A stretch of 64,000 nt of DNA from Bilabrum cf. latius (lineage: Eukaryota), in the NCBI GenBank assembly GCA_965178125.1, contig OZ237740.1, forward strand, positions 124,001-188,000, read 5' to 3'. A program made the position numbers and the translations under genes. This document shows positions 62,202-64,000 of this stretch, piece by piece. Under the pieces are notes generated by a model. The model had not been told where the DNA came from. It did no database searches and was given only the letters and a program-made list of their open reading frames with translations. Position 1 is the first letter of the stretch; every line of letters starts with the position of its first letter.

Positions 62202-64000
62202 TCAAGTGCCATCGCCAGCTGATCTGAAAGCCCGCCAAAAGAAGCCTCCCTTCACCGCGAAGAGCAGAGAAGTCACGGCAAGAGCAGCAGATGCCAGTAC
62301 GGGAGCGCCAGCAATGAACACCCTCTGCTCCCAGAGCAAGCCCTGCGGCACAAGATGCAGCTGGCCGAGCTGCCCGCCGTGCCCGCCCACCCTCCCAAGC
62401 GTGCACGCGTCCCACCCGCACGCACCGGCGGTGCAGCCGATGGCAAGGCCCACAGCGACCAGGATGCTCAGATCCTCGAATAGGCGGAACCACAAGGACA
62501 GTCTGGCCACGCCGCCCGCCACTTTGACCACCCATTCCCTAGGTCGCACGCACGATGCGTGCAGCCCGCTCCACCCGATCGCCTGTGCTTCCCAGGCCAA
62601 GAGCGCGCCCAGCAGCTGGGCCGTCACGCTGCACATGTCTCGGCGGAGGCTGTATAAACTGGCGTGTCCAATGCTACTGGTTGCGATGCTTGGCGGGCTA
62701 GGCTGCGCGGGATACGGCAGTCGTGCCTAGTCAGAAACGGGCCGGTTTTCGTCTTCTTGGCCGACCTCACGAACAGTCTGCTGGGCCGTTCGGTGCGACC
62801 CCCACGTGCTGCTTGGGCGCAGGACAGTGTGCGGCCCTGCCGCCGTTTTGTAGGCCTGGAGCGTGCTCTTGGGCCGAGTGGAGCTGCCGGTATCACTGAT
62901 GGTCTCGCTCTTCATCTTGCCTGTCGTCCTGAGCGAATGCACAGCATTCGCGCCGGTGCTGTTCCCCGAGCGGCCTGTCCCACGCGCAGCAGGGCCCAAA
63001 CCACTGGATGTTTCAAATTCTGTCTCCTGGAACGTAACTCCTTGGCCATGAACGGCAGCAGACGGGGCCTCCGCTCCTTTCTCGAAGCTTGACTGCACCC
63101 GTGAAGCCGTCCCGTCGCTGCTGTCCCCGCGAGAATCGGGAATGGACTCGAAGCGCGGAGTCTCCTTGTTGTCTTGGCGGTCAAACACGGATCCGAAGAG
63201 CATATCGCCAAAGCCAGAGCCGTCGGCACCATCGACCTAACCCGGCAAAGACTGCATAGAAGGCACCTTGATCTGCTCCTGCTCATGGCAATCGGGAGGA
63301 GGCACGTCCACGTCGCCGCTCTCGGGGAACGACTGCATGGAAGGCACTCGAATCAGCTCCTAGTGCTGACCCGGTGCGGATGCTTGTCCATCTGGTGCGT
63401 TCGGTACTTGGGTCCCTGCTGCATCGCATGATTGCTCCTCCTTCTCGCTCACCTCCTCCACGACCCCAAGGCTGCCGCCAAAATCGAAGGTCTGCCCGCC
63501 CAAGCCGCGCGATGACGGACTGCCAGAGTGTGGCAGCCCCGCTGCCGCCCTGCACCACATCTTCTGCACTCCCATTGGACTCACAGTCCCTGAGTGAATG
63601 CTGGATGGGGTGCTCGGCAAGGCCAGAGCCGCCTCCCTCGGCTCCTCCTCGGACCCTTTGGAGGCGCGAGCAAGCCTGGCCAAGTTGTTGCGCGGGGAAC
63701 TCAAGTCAGCGGCGGCGGCAGTGGCAGCTGCCGGTGGATCGAGCGCAGTGCCTGCAAAATGAGACGTACTTTCAGCGGTGTTCTCTGGCAGCGGCTTCGA
63801 CTCTGCCCCGAGGGAGTGGTTTGGGCTGACGTTGCCCCAGTAGCTGGAATCCATGGATGCTGCAGCTAGAAGCACAGAAGCGCCACCGCTGCCACCTGTT
63901 ACCCCCACTGCTGCGCGACCACCTCGACCGGCTCCTAGGCCAATGACAGGGCCTCCTGCGATGCCTTTGGAGCGACTTTCTGCATTTGTGATCCGGCTCG
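62202..64000 (-). CDS. Hypothetical protein with hydrophobic C-terminal region, 5' partial
   Basis: A single frame is open from the window end to TGA 62202, apart from TAG at 63360, 63237 and 62727. Confidence 0.6.

Noticed and set aside
2712-64000. Mass pseudogenisation or sequencing error as the cause of internal stops
   Set aside because: All internal stops are TAG. No internal TAA, TGA or frameshifts occur in these genes, including the essential CDC5L, and random decay or error would not be codon-specific.
1-64000. tRNA (including a CUA-anticodon tRNA), rRNA or eRF1 gene in this window
   Set aside because: None was recognised by eye. A covariance-model search is needed to exclude small RNAs.

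Overview
This is gene-dense, GC-rich eukaryotic (protist-type) nuclear DNA with about 21 protein genes, short GT-AG introns and short intergenic gaps. A stramenopile or heterotrophic-flagellate origin is only my guess. The main result is a non-standard genetic code. Hand translation finds at least 60 in-frame TAG codons inside 17 otherwise intact genes, and every reconstructed gene ends in TGA or TAA. Four lines of evidence identify TAG as Gln: a conserved DUF1800 motif (ENYAREIM*LFTIGL), three TAG/CAG pairs between two copies of an internal protein repeat, a mixed CAG/TAG poly-Gln tract, and a CAG/TAG 12-bp repeat. TAA still terminates, so this is the rare asymmetric code UAG=Gln with UAA/UGA=stop, and the supplied ORF track fragments most genes. 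Other results: a 2.7-kb element with 34-bp TIRs, TG...CA ends and a 3-bp TSD splits an HSP20 gene. Three 9-10-mers are strongly over-represented. A 20-bp triplication frameshifts a possibly MACPF-like gene. Several domain architectures become visible only after recoding: ankyrin/EF-hand/NDT-like, a myristoylated and CaaX EML protein, and a membrane-anchored DUF1800-DUF1501 fusion. All family assignments come from motif recognition by eye, not database searches.
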